Of a stretch of DNA of 64,000 nucleotides, positions 48,720 through 58,083 are shown piece by piece. A program made the position numbers and the translations under genes. Source of the stretch: Candidatus Nanoarchaeia archaeon (GTDB lineage Archaea; Nanobdellota; Nanobdellia; Woesearchaeales; UBA10216); the NCBI GenBank assembly GCA_028279045.1, contig JANQSZ010000016.1, positions 6,333 to 70,332 of the forward strand, in the 5' to 3' direction. Under the pieces are notes generated by a model that saw only the letters and a program-made list of their open reading frames with translations, was not told the origin of the DNA and did not search any database. Position 1 is the first letter of the stretch. Each line of letters opens with the position of its first letter.

Positions 48720-50675
48720 ATGAAGTACATTATCATCCTTCTTTTACTCTTGCCAGCAGTGGCAGCTCAAGAATCAGATGAGATTTTCTCAAGTAGAGGA
48801 ATGACAATCAATCTAGACATTTCTGGTGGTGTGGTAATTGACCGCATTGGTTCAAATTACAAGGTTGATTTTGTTCAGGCGAATCTAACAATGCACCCTA
48901 TTGAGAGTGCAACGCAGCAAGTAACTTCTACATCAGATCCGCAAGCAACACCTGCCGGCGACGCTCTCCAGTTTCGTTGGAACAATCCGCTTCCAGGTGA
49001 GCATGATTTCACGCTAAATTCTGAAGTAAAAACACAACGTAATCAGCCTGAAGTCCGCACAAGGATCCCGTTCCCAAATACCTTTCCTGATGAAGTACAA
49101 CAATACACATTATCTAGTAAAAATATTGATGCAGAGCATGCTGAAATTGTTGCATTAGCAGAAGAGTTAGCAAGCGGCGAAGATGACTTGTATAAGGTTG
49201 TCCACAAGTTTGCCGCATGGACACAAAGTAATATCGAGTACAATCTCTCCACGATTACTGCGCACGCGTCTCTTCCAGCAAGCTGGGTTCTTGAATCGCG
49301 ACAAGGTGTCTGTGACGAACTAACTGTTCTATTCATCGCTCTCAACAGAGCAGTCGGCATTCCCGCGCGGTTTGTTTCCGGTATGTCGTACACCGATTCT
49401 GAGCTATTTACAGAGGAATGGGGCCTGCATGGCTGGGCAGAAGTGTACTTTCCAGGCGTCGGCTGGGTTCCTTTCGACGTTACGTACGGCGAGCTCGGAT
49501 ACACAGACGCTTCTCACATTGGATTACTCAATAGCGAAGATCCAACACAAGCTTCAACAAGGTATGAATGGCGCAGCCGTGACGCTAAGGTAGAAACAAC
49601 TGAGCTTGATATCGAAACAAAAATTACAGATGTTGGTAGAAAGGTACAGCAACAAATTTTCTTAAGTGCAGAGCCTGTTGAATCTCGTGTTAATTTTGGA
49701 TCATTCAATCTTGTTGAGTTAACCATTGAAAATTTGCAAGATTTCTACGTCTCTGTTGACATAATAGCGTCTAACACAGAAGGATTAACCTTGCACCAAG
49801 ATGAGCGACGTATTGTTCTTCTTTCTCCAGGAGAAGTACGCACAGAATATTATGTGATTGAAGTTTCTCACAATCTCAACCCAAGTTTGATCTACACATT
49901 TCCAGTTGCATTCCTCGCAAATGGCGAGCGTATTGAAACAAAGTTTCAGTCAAGTTCACGAGAACGCAGTTTTTCTCGAGAAGAGATGGAATCACTCATA
50001 CCAGATCAAGATACACGGGTGTTTTCTTCTGATGTCAATTTGGATTGTTCAGCAGAGAATTACTACACATTCGAATCAGGGCAAATTGTGTGTTCTGTTT
50101 CAAATACCGGTAATACCCCGTTAACCAATCTCAATGTGTGCCATGATTCTTGCTCGAAAATCAATCTCGGTCTTGGTAAGTCAGAAGAAGTCACGTTCGA
50201 ACTCACAAATATTGATATCGGCGAGAAACGAGAACAAATTCAAGTGTCAGGTCCTGCGCAGGCAAACACTATTGTTCCGTTTGCTGTTCTTGACGAACCA
50301 GAAGTCGTCATTCTCAACACCACAACGCCAGAGCAAGTAGAGTTCGATCAAATTTTCAAGCTCACATACCTAATCCAGCGTGATTCCTATTCGGTTCCCG
50401 AGGATGTCATCGTTACCACAAAAGTAAACGGTCTCGAAAAGACATGGACTCGTGAAGATCTGAAAGGATCGCAAGCATACAGTTTGGAAATGGAAGGTAA
50501 AGTGCTCAAATCTGGACTGAATGACATTTTTATCGAGACAAGTTATCAAGATCGGAGAGGAAACACATACGAATCCTCTGCAACCCATCAAGTAGAGTTA
50601 GTAAATGTTAATCTCATCCAACATATAGAAATTTTGATGCAATCAATTGATCTCTGGATGCGATCACTGATTTAA
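48720..50675 (+). CDS. Secreted transglutaminase-like (papain-like Cys protease core) protein with C-terminal beta-rich domains.
   Basis: Signal MKYIIILLLLLPAVAA. TGase core GVCDELTVLFIALNRAVGIPARF...HGWAEVYFPGVGWVPFDVT (Cys-His-Asp). Confidence 0.75.
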   Translation: MKYIIILLLLLPAVAAQESDEIFSSRGMTINLDISGGVVIDRIGSNYKVDFVQANLTMHPIESATQQVTSTSDPQATPAGDALQFRWNNPLPGEHDFTLNSEVKTQRNQPEVRTRIPFPNTFPDEVQQYTLSSKNIDAEHAEIVALAEELASGEDDLYKVVHKFAAWTQSNIEYNLSTITAHASLPASWVLESRQGVCDELTVLFIALNRAVGIPARFVSGMSYTDSELFTEEWGLHGWAEVYFPGVGWVPFDVTYGELGYTDASHIGLLNSEDPTQASTRYEWRSRDAKVETTELDIETKITDVGRKVQQQIFLSAEPVESRVNFGSFNLVELTIENLQDFYVSVDIIASNTEGLTLHQDERRIVLLSPGEVRTEYYVIEVSHNLNPSLIYTFPVAFLANGERIETKFQSSSRERSFSREEMESLIPDQDTRVFSSDVNLDCSAENYYTFESGQIVCSVSNTGNTPLTNLNVCHDSCSKINLGLGKSEEVTFELTNIDIGEKREQIQVSGPAQANTIVPFAVLDEPEVVILNTTTPEQVEFDQIFKLTYLIQRDSYSVPEDVIVTTKVNGLEKTWTREDLKGSQAYSLEMEGKVLKSGLNDIFIETSYQDRRGNTYESSATHQVELVNVNLIQHIEILMQSIDLWMRSLI

Positions 50676-52151
50676 GACTTCTCCAGTCACGCTTCGGAGC
50701 ATATGCTTTGTTACCATAATGTTGTACTCTTTCAGAAGCGGAAGTCGATCATTAATCCCCACAATCAGAGGATACGTTCCAAACTGTCGTCCAAATGTGT
50801 GATTTCCATCGTGCACTTCCATTCGCACTTTTTTCATGACTGTTCCTTCAGGTACGATGCGCTTAAGCATCGGCATGTCAATATTCCTACGGATTTGATC
50901 CCGCCATTTCCAGTAATATTTCTTATTCTTTCTATAATACTTCAACCCAGTTTCTGCCATCGCAGTTCCTTCATAGATCGCAACCTGTCGAATGTTAATT
51001 CTTCTCAACAACAATCCATCATCAAGAATTTTCTTCAACCAATAGTAATTTTCTTCTCCTGTCTTCTTCGATTCTCCTTTCAATCCAAAGATCAAATTCA
51101 GCCCAGGAAGGAAGTAGTGCATTCCATTCGGTCCACGTTTTCCGCCAATTTCGTTAATAATCTTAACAGCATTATACGTTTGTTCCGGCGTCGTGTTCAA
51201 ATTGTTCTGCTTCACAATTGATTCATCAAACGTTTCCACTCCAAATGCGGCCACGTTTCCCGGCGTACAGTGTTCAACAATAATTTTGGTCATCTCTTTT
51301 CCATATGGCCCATTCACAAAGGAAGGGTTCGCGTTATCAATATGTAACGTCTTCAGTCGAGGAACATTCTTCTTAATCCCTTCAAAGAGTTTCTTGAGTT
51401 CAGCAGTCTTGTAGTTTTTGTACGTGTACATGCACGTCTGTTTCCCTAGTCTAAAATGCCGTGCACCGTGTTTATAGAGTGCTTTCATCTCCTCGACGAT
51501 AGGCTTCTGATCTCGCGATTGAAACAAGTTCTTAATAGGTTCTGTACAGAAACTGCATCCACTCTTCCGGATGCATCCTTTCATGGTTTCTATTTCAGCC
51601 ATCACTTCCCAAGGTATCTGCTTTAGAATTTCCGTGCCAGCAATCGCATACTTGTCTGAATTCTTGAAATTGTTCGTATGCATGAAATCAAAGATTACAT
51701 CATCAAAATAGTCAGGAACGTGTTCTGCTCGTTTTCCTCCTTCGAGCTGTGTTCCGCCGAGTGCAGCAGGTCCAGTAAGTATTTTTTTGCAACCCAGATC
51801 GCGTATCGCAGGCGAAATCTCTTTGAGTGTTCCAGGAACAGCACTCAAATATTTCCCAGGTACTTGCACTCCAATATTTACCACAAGCACGTCCGTCTTC
51901 TCCAATATCTTACCAATATTCTCTACATTTTTTGTCAAGTTGTACGTGCGGATGTCTGTTTTCTGGGGATTTTCTCGTTTCTTATTTTTGTAATAGTGCC
52001 AATACCGCAAATCATCTATCGTGATGTAGAATACTTCATGTTTCTCCAGCAACAGAGCACCTGCAATGTATCGAGGATACGTTCCAAGATAAGGAGGGAC
52101 TCCAAGCCCTGCAGGTTCATCAGTATAGCAATCCAGGATCGTGTAAATCAT
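50664..52151 (-). CDS. Radical SAM domain protein with an N-terminal B12-binding-like domain; unusual CX5CX2C cluster motif.
   Basis: MKGCIRKSGCSFCTEP cysteine triad. N-terminal MIYTILDCYTDEPAGLGVPPYLG resembles the B12-binding/rSAM archaeal families. Confidence 0.65.
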   Translation of the reverse strand: MIYTILDCYTDEPAGLGVPPYLGTYPRYIAGALLLEKHEVFYITIDDLRYWHYYKNKKRENPQKTDIRTYNLTKNVENIGKILEKTDVLVVNIGVQVPGKYLSAVPGTLKEISPAIRDLGCKKILTGPAALGGTQLEGGKRAEHVPDYFDDVIFDFMHTNNFKNSDKYAIAGTEILKQIPWEVMAEIETMKGCIRKSGCSFCTEPIKNLFQSRDQKPIVEEMKALYKHGARHFRLGKQTCMYTYKNYKTAELKKLFEGIKKNVPRLKTLHIDNANPSFVNGPYGKEMTKIIVEHCTPGNVAAFGVETFDESIVKQNNLNTTPEQTYNAVKIINEIGGKRGPNGMHYFLPGLNLIFGLKGESKKTGEENYYWLKKILDDGLLLRRINIRQVAIYEGTAMAETGLKYYRKNKKYYWKWRDQIRRNIDMPMLKRIVPEGTVMKKVRMEVHDGNHTFGRQFGTYPLIVGINDRLPLLKEYNIMVTKHMLRSVTGEVLNQ

Positions 52152-52174
52152 AGTCTAAAATAAGCCATCGGTGT

Positions 52175-52624
52175 TTAAAAGGGTTTCCAGAGAATTAAGA
52201 GGAATGATGTGACGAGGAATCCGATGCGCGTTGCAATCAGCAAAGGATAGGATACTTGTTTAAATGAAATGTACGCCAAGCTCCCGTTTACTAATCCATA
52301 GAGAAACATCAGCGCAGCGATCCACGCAAATATTTGATCTGTTATCGTTGCCGCTACTAATCCAATTCCCAGCAACGTATACGTTGTAGCTGGCGGCGGT
52401 CTCCCGAGTAAAATAATTCCCAATACAACATAGGATCCCAATCGATACACGAGAGGAACAGAATATGCGTGCATCAACAACGTTAGAATCACAAACAGCA
52501 AAATTTTCTCCAGAAGCAGGAAAAATTTGCGTCCTGTTTTCATTTCTTCTTTTGCTTGTGACGCAATGTACATGCCCGCAGGCAATCCCAAGAAAACAAC
52601 AACACTAATCGCGAGTTCCAGCAT
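52175..52624 (-). CDS. Membrane protein (4 TM), hypothetical.
   Basis: Hydrophobicity. Confidence 0.4.
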   Translation of the reverse strand: MLELAISVVVFLGLPAGMYIASQAKEEMKTGRKFFLLLEKILLFVILTLLMHAYSVPLVYRLGSYVVLGIILLGRPPPATTYTLLGIGLVAATITDQIFAWIAALMFLYGLVNGSLAYISFKQVSYPLLIATRIGFLVTSFLLILWKPF

Positions 52625-53063
52625 GTTCGAGCTCGCTTATTTTGTGCACTCTTCGACGATGCCGTTCCTCATGGCTGAACGGTTCTTTCAACCAGCTGTC
52701 AACCATTTTCTGAGCTTTGTCAGCATCTAACCAGTCTCCACTCAGTGCAAGAACGTTAGCATTGTTATGTTCCCGGCTATGTTTTGCTGATTTTTCATCA
52801 AACGCAGCTACGGCACGGATGTTATCAACTTTGTTTGCAGCCATAACCATGCCCGCTGCACTTCTGCAAAAGAGCAGTCCGCGATCGTCTTCGTTTTTCG
52901 CAACTTCTTCTGCCACTGCTTTTGCAAAGTCAACGTAGTCGTCTTCAGGATCCATCTCAGTGTTTCCTAAATCTTCAACATCAAGTCCAGCTTCAATCAA
53001 GTATGCTTTGATAGCTTCTTTTAACTCAAACCCGCCGTGGTCTGTTCCAAGAAATATTTTCAT
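52605..53063 (-). CDS. rpiB: Ribose-5-phosphate isomerase B.
   Basis: MKIFLGTDHGGFELKEAIKAYL N-terminus of RpiB/LacAB; 152 aa. Confidence 0.9.
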   Translation of the reverse strand: MKIFLGTDHGGFELKEAIKAYLIEAGLDVEDLGNTEMDPEDDYVDFAKAVAEEVAKNEDDRGLLFCRSAAGMVMAANKVDNIRAVAAFDEKSAKHSREHNNANVLALSGDWLDADKAQKMVDSWLKEPFSHEERHRRRVHKISELEHAGTRD

Positions 53064-53100
53064 ACAGATGCAGAAATTGCAGCAGATAAATAGTTTGTGG

Positions 53101-53385
53101 TTAACGCCACGCAGAATGTCCCCATTGAATCAGCAAATCAACACCAACGTTGTTTACCTCAACAGGCAAATCACATGCGCCATAACAACTTCCAGCCCAG
53201 ATCAGCACTTGCGCCTCAGTATTATCTTCAATGTGCTTCTGAATTTCTTGTGCTCTTGGCTTTAATCCATCAGGTAGCTGGATGCAGACAGTCTTAGCAT
53301 CCTCTGCTTTGATTTTGTCTACTGCATTGTTTAGTTCAAGATCGTATGTCATAGCACTGTGTAAGAAAGAACGCTCCTGGTTCAA
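53101..53385 (-). pseudogene. dph2: N-terminal fragment (94 aa) of the diphthamide synthesis protein Dph2. The gene ends after the first third, with rpiB starting 37 nt later.
   Basis: ..VCIQLPDGLKPRAQEI...GSCYGACDLPVEVNNVGVDLLIQWGHS matches the Dph2 N-terminal region (..LIQSPEGL...INYGACD...LIHLGHS). There is no room for the remaining 230 aa or so. Confidence 0.6.
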
Positions 53386-53528
53386 ACCATTGCGTCTTCA
53401 AGCTCAAATTCATCGAGTTTGCGTTTGTTTATGACTGCGGAAAAGGACTTGTCTTTCTTGGACTCCTTCAGTTCGTCCAAGACAACATCGTCATCTTCTG
53501 TTAAGTCGTCATCCCATGGCATGTTTCA

Positions 53529-53759
53529 TCACTTTGTATAATTGGTACTCTGGGTTTCTTGTCCTATCCCAACCAGAAGATCTAATCCCTCATTAACAGG
53601 AATTAATGGATTTGCACCCATAACGAGTGAAAGTCCAGCATATGCTCCAACTGCAACAACGCCCACCAGTGGAAGGTCATATCGTTGCGGTACCACATCA
53701 GCTAGTACTTCTTCGATGCTTCTTGTTTTGGATAGTGTTCCCATCATCACAACACCCAC
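53529..53759 (-). CDS. Hypothetical 76-aa ORF between the dph2 remnant and rnp4; it may be non-coding.
   Basis: ORF only. Confidence 0.2.
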   Translation of the reverse strand: MGVVMMGTLSKTRSIEEVLADVVPQRYDLPLVGVVAVGAYAGLSLVMGANPLIPVNEGLDLLVGIGQETQSTNYTK

Positions 53760-53801
53760 ACCAAGGTCTGAGCACTCCGAGACGGTTTATAAAGCTATCG
53801 C

Positions 53802-54098
53802 CTATACCCTATACACTATTCGCCTGATTCCGCCGCAATCAAGGCAAGTCAGGATGATTTTGCCGTTTCGAGTCCTGAAACGGCTGTTTTTGCCCTCTTT
53901 GAGAAAATGATGGCAGCTCTTGCAGAGTTGCTTCCTCTGCTCCCCAGAAAGCCGAATTCTGTGCTTTAAGGCCATTTTCCAGGCTAATTCAGCATAGCGG
54001 TGAGCTCTCGTTGGATTCTCTTCATATGCAGCATCTGCCTGTTGAAAGTACTCTTCAATATGCTGTTTTGCTGCTTTTGCTGCGAGTTTATCTGCCAT
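53802..54098 (-). CDS. rnp4: RNase P protein subunit Rpp21 (Rpr2).
   Basis: ..RYAELAWKMALKHRIRLSGEQRKQLCKSCHHFLKEGKNSRFRTRNGKIILTCLDCGGIRR.. Zn ribbon typical of Rpp21. Confidence 0.75.
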   Translation of the reverse strand: MADKLAAKAAKQHIEEYFQQADAAYEENPTRAHRYAELAWKMALKHRIRLSGEQRKQLCKSCHHFLKEGKNSRFRTRNGKIILTCLDCGGIRRIVYRV

Positions 54099-54121
54099 AC
54101 ACTATAGAGAGAGCTGCCCCT

Positions 54122-54424
54122 TTAAGAGACTATGCAGCAGACGTAAGAACTTTGATCATTGTTGGCTTCCCTACAAGCAGCATTGCCACCAGAGAATACG
54201 TTTCCATTTCTGCTATTGGTGCACGTGCCAGCGGTAACCACACACTCTCCACCTAGCCGTTCACACACATTCGTATCTCCACCAATTCCAACAGAATCCA
54301 CATCCTCATTAAATCCACCAAAGAATCCAGTGAAGATCGCGATCAGGACAACAAGAACAACCAGTACAATAATTGCTATGATTACCGTCTGAACAGAAAG
54401 CCCTTGACCTTTGGAATTAAGCAT
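54122..54424 (-). CDS. Mini-pilin: a class III signal peptide plus a Cys-rich domain of about 70 aa (8 Cys).
   Basis: MLNSKGQGLSVQTVIIAIIVLVVLVVLIA prepilin N-terminus; tandem paralog of the next gene (about 80% nt identity over about 100 nt). Confidence 0.6.
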   Translation of the reverse strand: MLNSKGQGLSVQTVIIAIIVLVVLVVLIAIFTGFFGGFNEDVDSVGIGGDTNVCERLGGECVVTAGTCTNSRNGNVFSGGNAACREANNDQSSYVCCIVS

Positions 54425-54428
54425 TGTG

Positions 54429-54692
54429 CTATAGGAGTCCGCCACAACAGACTGATCCGGGACCAAGCCGGGCTTCACAGTCTCCGTGTCCAGCTGATCT
54501 CAGTGTTCCGCCTTCTCCAGTACAGGCAGATTCAGTGCCAACACACTCTCCACCAATTGTGGAACAGGAGTTAACATCAGTGTTGAATCCACCAAAGAAT
54601 CCAGTAAAAACCGCAACCAATACAACGAGGACGACTAATACAATTATTGCAATTATGATAGTTTGAACAGAAAGTCCTTGTGCTTTCTTCAT
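54429..54692 (-). CDS. Mini-pilin paralog (MKKAQGLSVQTIIIAIIVLVVLVVLVA) with a Cys-rich C-terminal domain.
   Basis: See the previous feature. Confidence 0.6.
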   Translation of the reverse strand: MKKAQGLSVQTIIIAIIVLVVLVVLVAVFTGFFGGFNTDVNSCSTIGGECVGTESACTGEGGTLRSAGHGDCEARLGPGSVCCGGLL

Positions 54693-54727
54693 GATCTGAT
54701 TTTCGAGTTTCATCTTTTTAAACCTTG

Positions 54728-57700
54728 CTATTTTGTTGTTTTCTTGGTTACTGTCTTCGTGACCGTAGTGGTTCCTTTCTTTGCCTTCTTAACAGGTTTC
54801 TTCACCGGTTTCTTTCCAGAAGTTGTCGTAGTTGTTGTTACGACAGTTGTTTCAGCAATCGATTCAAGATTAGGAGCTTTCTTTACCGTAGTTTTCACCG
54901 CAGCCGGTTTGACTGCTGTTTTCGTAACAGTTTTCACCGTTGTTGCTTTCTTCGCTGCTTTCTTAGTAACTTTTTTCGTAACCGTTGCTTTCTTCGCTAC
55001 CTTTTTCGCAGCTGGCTTCTTAGGTCCTGCTTTTGTTGTAACCGTCTTTGTTACCGTAGTTACTGTCTTTGGTTTTGCAGGAGCTTTCTTTGCAGTTTTC
55101 TTCGCAGCTTTTTTCGCTGTCTTTTTTGTAGGTGCTTTCTTTGCCGTTTTCTTTGCAGGTGTTGCCGGTACAGGGAATGGTTTGGCTGTTGCTTGTCGTA
55201 GTGCATCAAACGTTCCGGTTTTCGGCTGCGCAATAGGTTTCTTTTCTATCGTCTTAACCGTGTCCATCAATGTTTTCTTTGCAGAGGAAGGTTTAGCAGG
55301 CGTTTGTGCTTTCTGCACATTTGTTTTCTGTCCTGTTGTATCAAATGCCGTAAACGCTTGTGATCGTTGTTGTGCTAGTCGTTTCTTACGTTGTACATCT
55401 AGAGCAGTTCGTGTACGTTGCGAAACCGGCGGTCTTCTTGGCGGTACGCCTCCTGGTCGTACGGGTCGTGCAGCGGTTCCAGGTGGTCGCGTGCTTCCAA
55501 TCGTTGTTGTCTGCGACATCATCGGTTGCTTTGGTTTGTTTTTGTCTTGGTAGGTCAAGTAATATTGATAACCAAAGTATGCCGCTACTAAAATAATCGC
55601 AAGGATAAGCAACCATAAGAATAAACTTAAAATAAATCCGAGGAAGCTTCCTTCTTCTTCAGGTCCTTCGGTAAGTACACTCGTTCCTTCATTATCGCAG
55701 GCATCTCCGATGCCATCTCCATTGCTATCTTCTTGTGCAGCGTTTGGATCGAGTGGACAGTTATCAAGTGCGTTCGGCACGCCGTCCCCATCAAAGTCAT
55801 CACCCGCTTCACAGAAACCATTCTGGCAGTTGTTGCTTTCGCAATCATCTGCTACCTCACATACATGTCCTGCTTCACATTTTTGATCCTTGAACTCAGC
55901 ACAGAATGCTCCACAATCAATATCAGTTTCTTTTCCAGGATCGAATACGCCGTTCGTACACGTGTTTTCTGCATTACATACACCGTTTGAGCAGCTTCCT
56001 GAACTACATTCAGAATCAAAGCTACATTCAACGTTTGCTGCGCATTTATTACAAGGTCCACCACAGTCTATTTGGGTTTCTCCTTGGTTTTGAATATCAT
56101 CATCACACGTTGCTTCTAAACAAATCGATTGTGTTCCATTTTCATTTTCATTACAGTATCCAGAAGCACAATCTTCATCAAATTCGCAAATATCGTCGAG
56201 CTCGCAAGCATCACAATCTCCACCGCAGTCAACATCAGTTTCGTCTCCGTTCAAGATGTTGTCAGTACACGTTGCAGGTTGCAAGGAGGTATCAATCTCT
56301 ACACCGTCACTTTCTCCTGTTTCGCTCCACAATCCAACATTATTCTGCGCAGTTACAACAAATTTGTAGCTCTGGCCATCAATAAGTTCAAGATTAGTGA
56401 ATTCCTCCTGCTCGTCGTCAATTTGAACATTCTCAAGCACTTGTCCGTTCTTTTTCTGAATCGGCAAGTCATCAGTCAAGTTAATTACCGTAACATTGTA
56501 AACCTGAATATCACTTTCTGCATCAGTAGAGTTCCATTCTCCTCGCAGCGTCTCCGTTCGAAGCCACTTGTCTGGATTATCTACTAAGCTTGTTTCATCA
56601 GAAACATCTGGCTGTGCAGGAGGAGAATCATCAAGCGTAAAGGATGAAGAAACGCTTACTGGGTCTGAAATACCACCGCTACCAGTAACAAACAAGCAAG
56701 TTACCGTAACTTCATTTTCTCCTTGTGCAATTTCAATGTTATCAAATCGGTGTTGCGAACTCCAGATGTTAAACGTCCCACCGGTATGCTCATCTTCTTC
56801 AGTGCCATTTCTCCATGTACATCGTGATCGTTTATTTGTAGTTACCTCAAGATCAAAGTCATCTCCTTCGATAAAACTTCCGTCTTCAGGAGAAAGAATA
56901 CTAATCGTGTCCGGCGCGTTGGTATCTACAGAAAAGTCAACGTCATCTTGTGCTTGAAGTCCTGCTCTATTGATACAAGCAACGCGCAATGTATAGTCAT
57001 TTCCGTCTTGCAAGTTTTTAATGTCAACTGTCTGCGTTCGCGAGTATGTATTGACGTCCGCAGGATTATTGTCTTCGAAATCCGCGACCATATCCCAATA
57101 ATCGGTTTCTGTAAACGAATGTCGACAGACAACATTTTCGTTGCTCGCTACCGTGATTGTTGTTTCAAACGGTAATTCTGTAATCAAGCTTGGAATCGCG
57201 TCAACTCTACTCAGCGTCGGTGCGCTTTCATCAAGTGTGATCAGGAAGTTAACCGTAACAGGATCATCTGCACCGTCTTTACAAGAAATGTAGTACGCAA
57301 CAGATCCAGTGAGTTCTATGCCTGATTTGGTATGAACTGTTGAAGGAGTTGTTTGATCAAATGGAATCATAAACTGATAGTCTTGTTCAAATGTTGGAAA
57401 GAATTTACACACGACTGGTTTTTCGGTAACAACACTCAAATTAAACGGTTCTTCGCTTGCAAATCCAAAGCGCGGTTCAGCAAGCGCAATCCAATACGCG
57501 CTTAAGTCTACAAAGAATGTTTTCTCTGCTGTTCCTGTATTGTCAGAAAGGTCGCTTGCTTCGATTTCAAATCGGTGTTCTGTTTGCGACAGATCTTGGT
57601 TAGCTCGATATTGAAACACTCTTCCTGGTTCTGGTGCAGAGATTGTGTCAAGTGAGTTAGAAAGTGGTTCTGCTTCTTTACAAAAGCCTTGTACGCAGAA

Positions 57701-58045
57701 TCCATCGGAACAATCATCGCTGTCAACACATTCATCTGATGATAAATCAAACTCGAACAACGAAACAGAGTCAATCGTAACATCTTCATTGAACCGTACC
57801 GTAAACGTTGGTCGCTCATTTTTCACAAGTTCATCCGTGACCCAATCTACAGATCCACAAACACCGCCTCCATTTGGAAACATCAATGGCCTGCAGACAT
57901 TGTTGATACACTCGGAATCTGACCGCGTTATACTAGCGCTACACTGCACCTGTTCTCCACAACTACCGCTACAGGATTCTTGTGCAGTTACTAAGCTAGA
58001 TAGTGAAAGAACTAGGACTATCGCAATGAGCATTTGCGTTTTCAT
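54728..58045 (-). CDS. Giant secreted type I membrane protein (1105 aa). It has a signal peptide, Ig/FN3-like beta domains, Cys-rich repeats (CxDNIxNGDETDVDCGGxCxxC), thrombospondin type-3-like Ca-binding repeats (DGDGVPNALDNCPLDPNAAQEDSNGDGIGDACD), a TM helix and a cytoplasmic tail of about 300 aa rich in P/T/A/K with AKKA/TKK histone-H1-like repeats.
   Basis: All motifs were read from the translation. TM FLGFILSLFLWLLILAIILVAAYFGY. The antisense ORF 54663-55553 is an artefact of the low-complexity tail. Confidence 0.75.
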   Translation of the reverse strand: MKTQMLIAIVLVLSLSSLVTAQESCSGSCGEQVQCSASITRSDSECINNVCRPLMFPNGGGVCGSVDWVTDELVKNERPTFTVRFNEDVTIDSVSLFEFDLSSDECVDSDDCSDGFCVQGFCKEAEPLSNSLDTISAPEPGRVFQYRANQDLSQTEHRFEIEASDLSDNTGTAEKTFFVDLSAYWIALAEPRFGFASEEPFNLSVVTEKPVVCKFFPTFEQDYQFMIPFDQTTPSTVHTKSGIELTGSVAYYISCKDGADDPVTVNFLITLDESAPTLSRVDAIPSLITELPFETTITVASNENVVCRHSFTETDYWDMVADFEDNNPADVNTYSRTQTVDIKNLQDGNDYTLRVACINRAGLQAQDDVDFSVDTNAPDTISILSPEDGSFIEGDDFDLEVTTNKRSRCTWRNGTEEDEHTGGTFNIWSSQHRFDNIEIAQGENEVTVTCLFVTGSGGISDPVSVSSSFTLDDSPPAQPDVSDETSLVDNPDKWLRTETLRGEWNSTDAESDIQVYNVTVINLTDDLPIQKKNGQVLENVQIDDEQEEFTNLELIDGQSYKFVVTAQNNVGLWSETGESDGVEIDTSLQPATCTDNILNGDETDVDCGGDCDACELDDICEFDEDCASGYCNENENGTQSICLEATCDDDIQNQGETQIDCGGPCNKCAANVECSFDSECSSGSCSNGVCNAENTCTNGVFDPGKETDIDCGAFCAEFKDQKCEAGHVCEVADDCESNNCQNGFCEAGDDFDGDGVPNALDNCPLDPNAAQEDSNGDGIGDACDNEGTSVLTEGPEEEGSFLGFILSLFLWLLILAIILVAAYFGYQYYLTYQDKNKPKQPMMSQTTTIGSTRPPGTAARPVRPGGVPPRRPPVSQRTRTALDVQRKKRLAQQRSQAFTAFDTTGQKTNVQKAQTPAKPSSAKKTLMDTVKTIEKKPIAQPKTGTFDALRQATAKPFPVPATPAKKTAKKAPTKKTAKKAAKKTAKKAPAKPKTVTTVTKTVTTKAGPKKPAAKKVAKKATVTKKVTKKAAKKATTVKTVTKTAVKPAAVKTTVKKAPNLESIAETTVVTTTTTTSGKKPVKKPVKKAKKGTTTVTKTVTKKTTK

Positions 58046-58083
58046 CTAGCTATTTTGGAGAATTTGACTATTTAAAGGTTCTG

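Noticed and set aside
53386-53528. Possible 46-aa acidic ORF (MPWDDDLTEDDDVVLDELKESKKDKSF...) between the dph2 remnant and the 76-aa ORF.
   Set aside because: It is very short, has no recognisable motif or RBS, and sits in a region that looks like decaying sequence. It is not reported as a gene.
53862-53894. Perfect 8-bp hairpin GCCGTTTC-GAGTCCT-GAAACGGC followed by TGTTTTTG, which looked like a terminator or small RNA.
   Set aside because: It lies inside the rnp4 (Rpp21) coding region on the opposite strand and encodes ..SRFRTRNGK.. in frame. It is most likely a coincidental palindrome rather than a separate element.
54663-55553. 296-aa plus-strand ORF rich in F/V/T/A.
   Set aside because: It is the antisense of the low-complexity AKK/TKK tail of the 1105-aa surface protein. 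Repetitive GC-rich codons leave the reverse frame open by chance.
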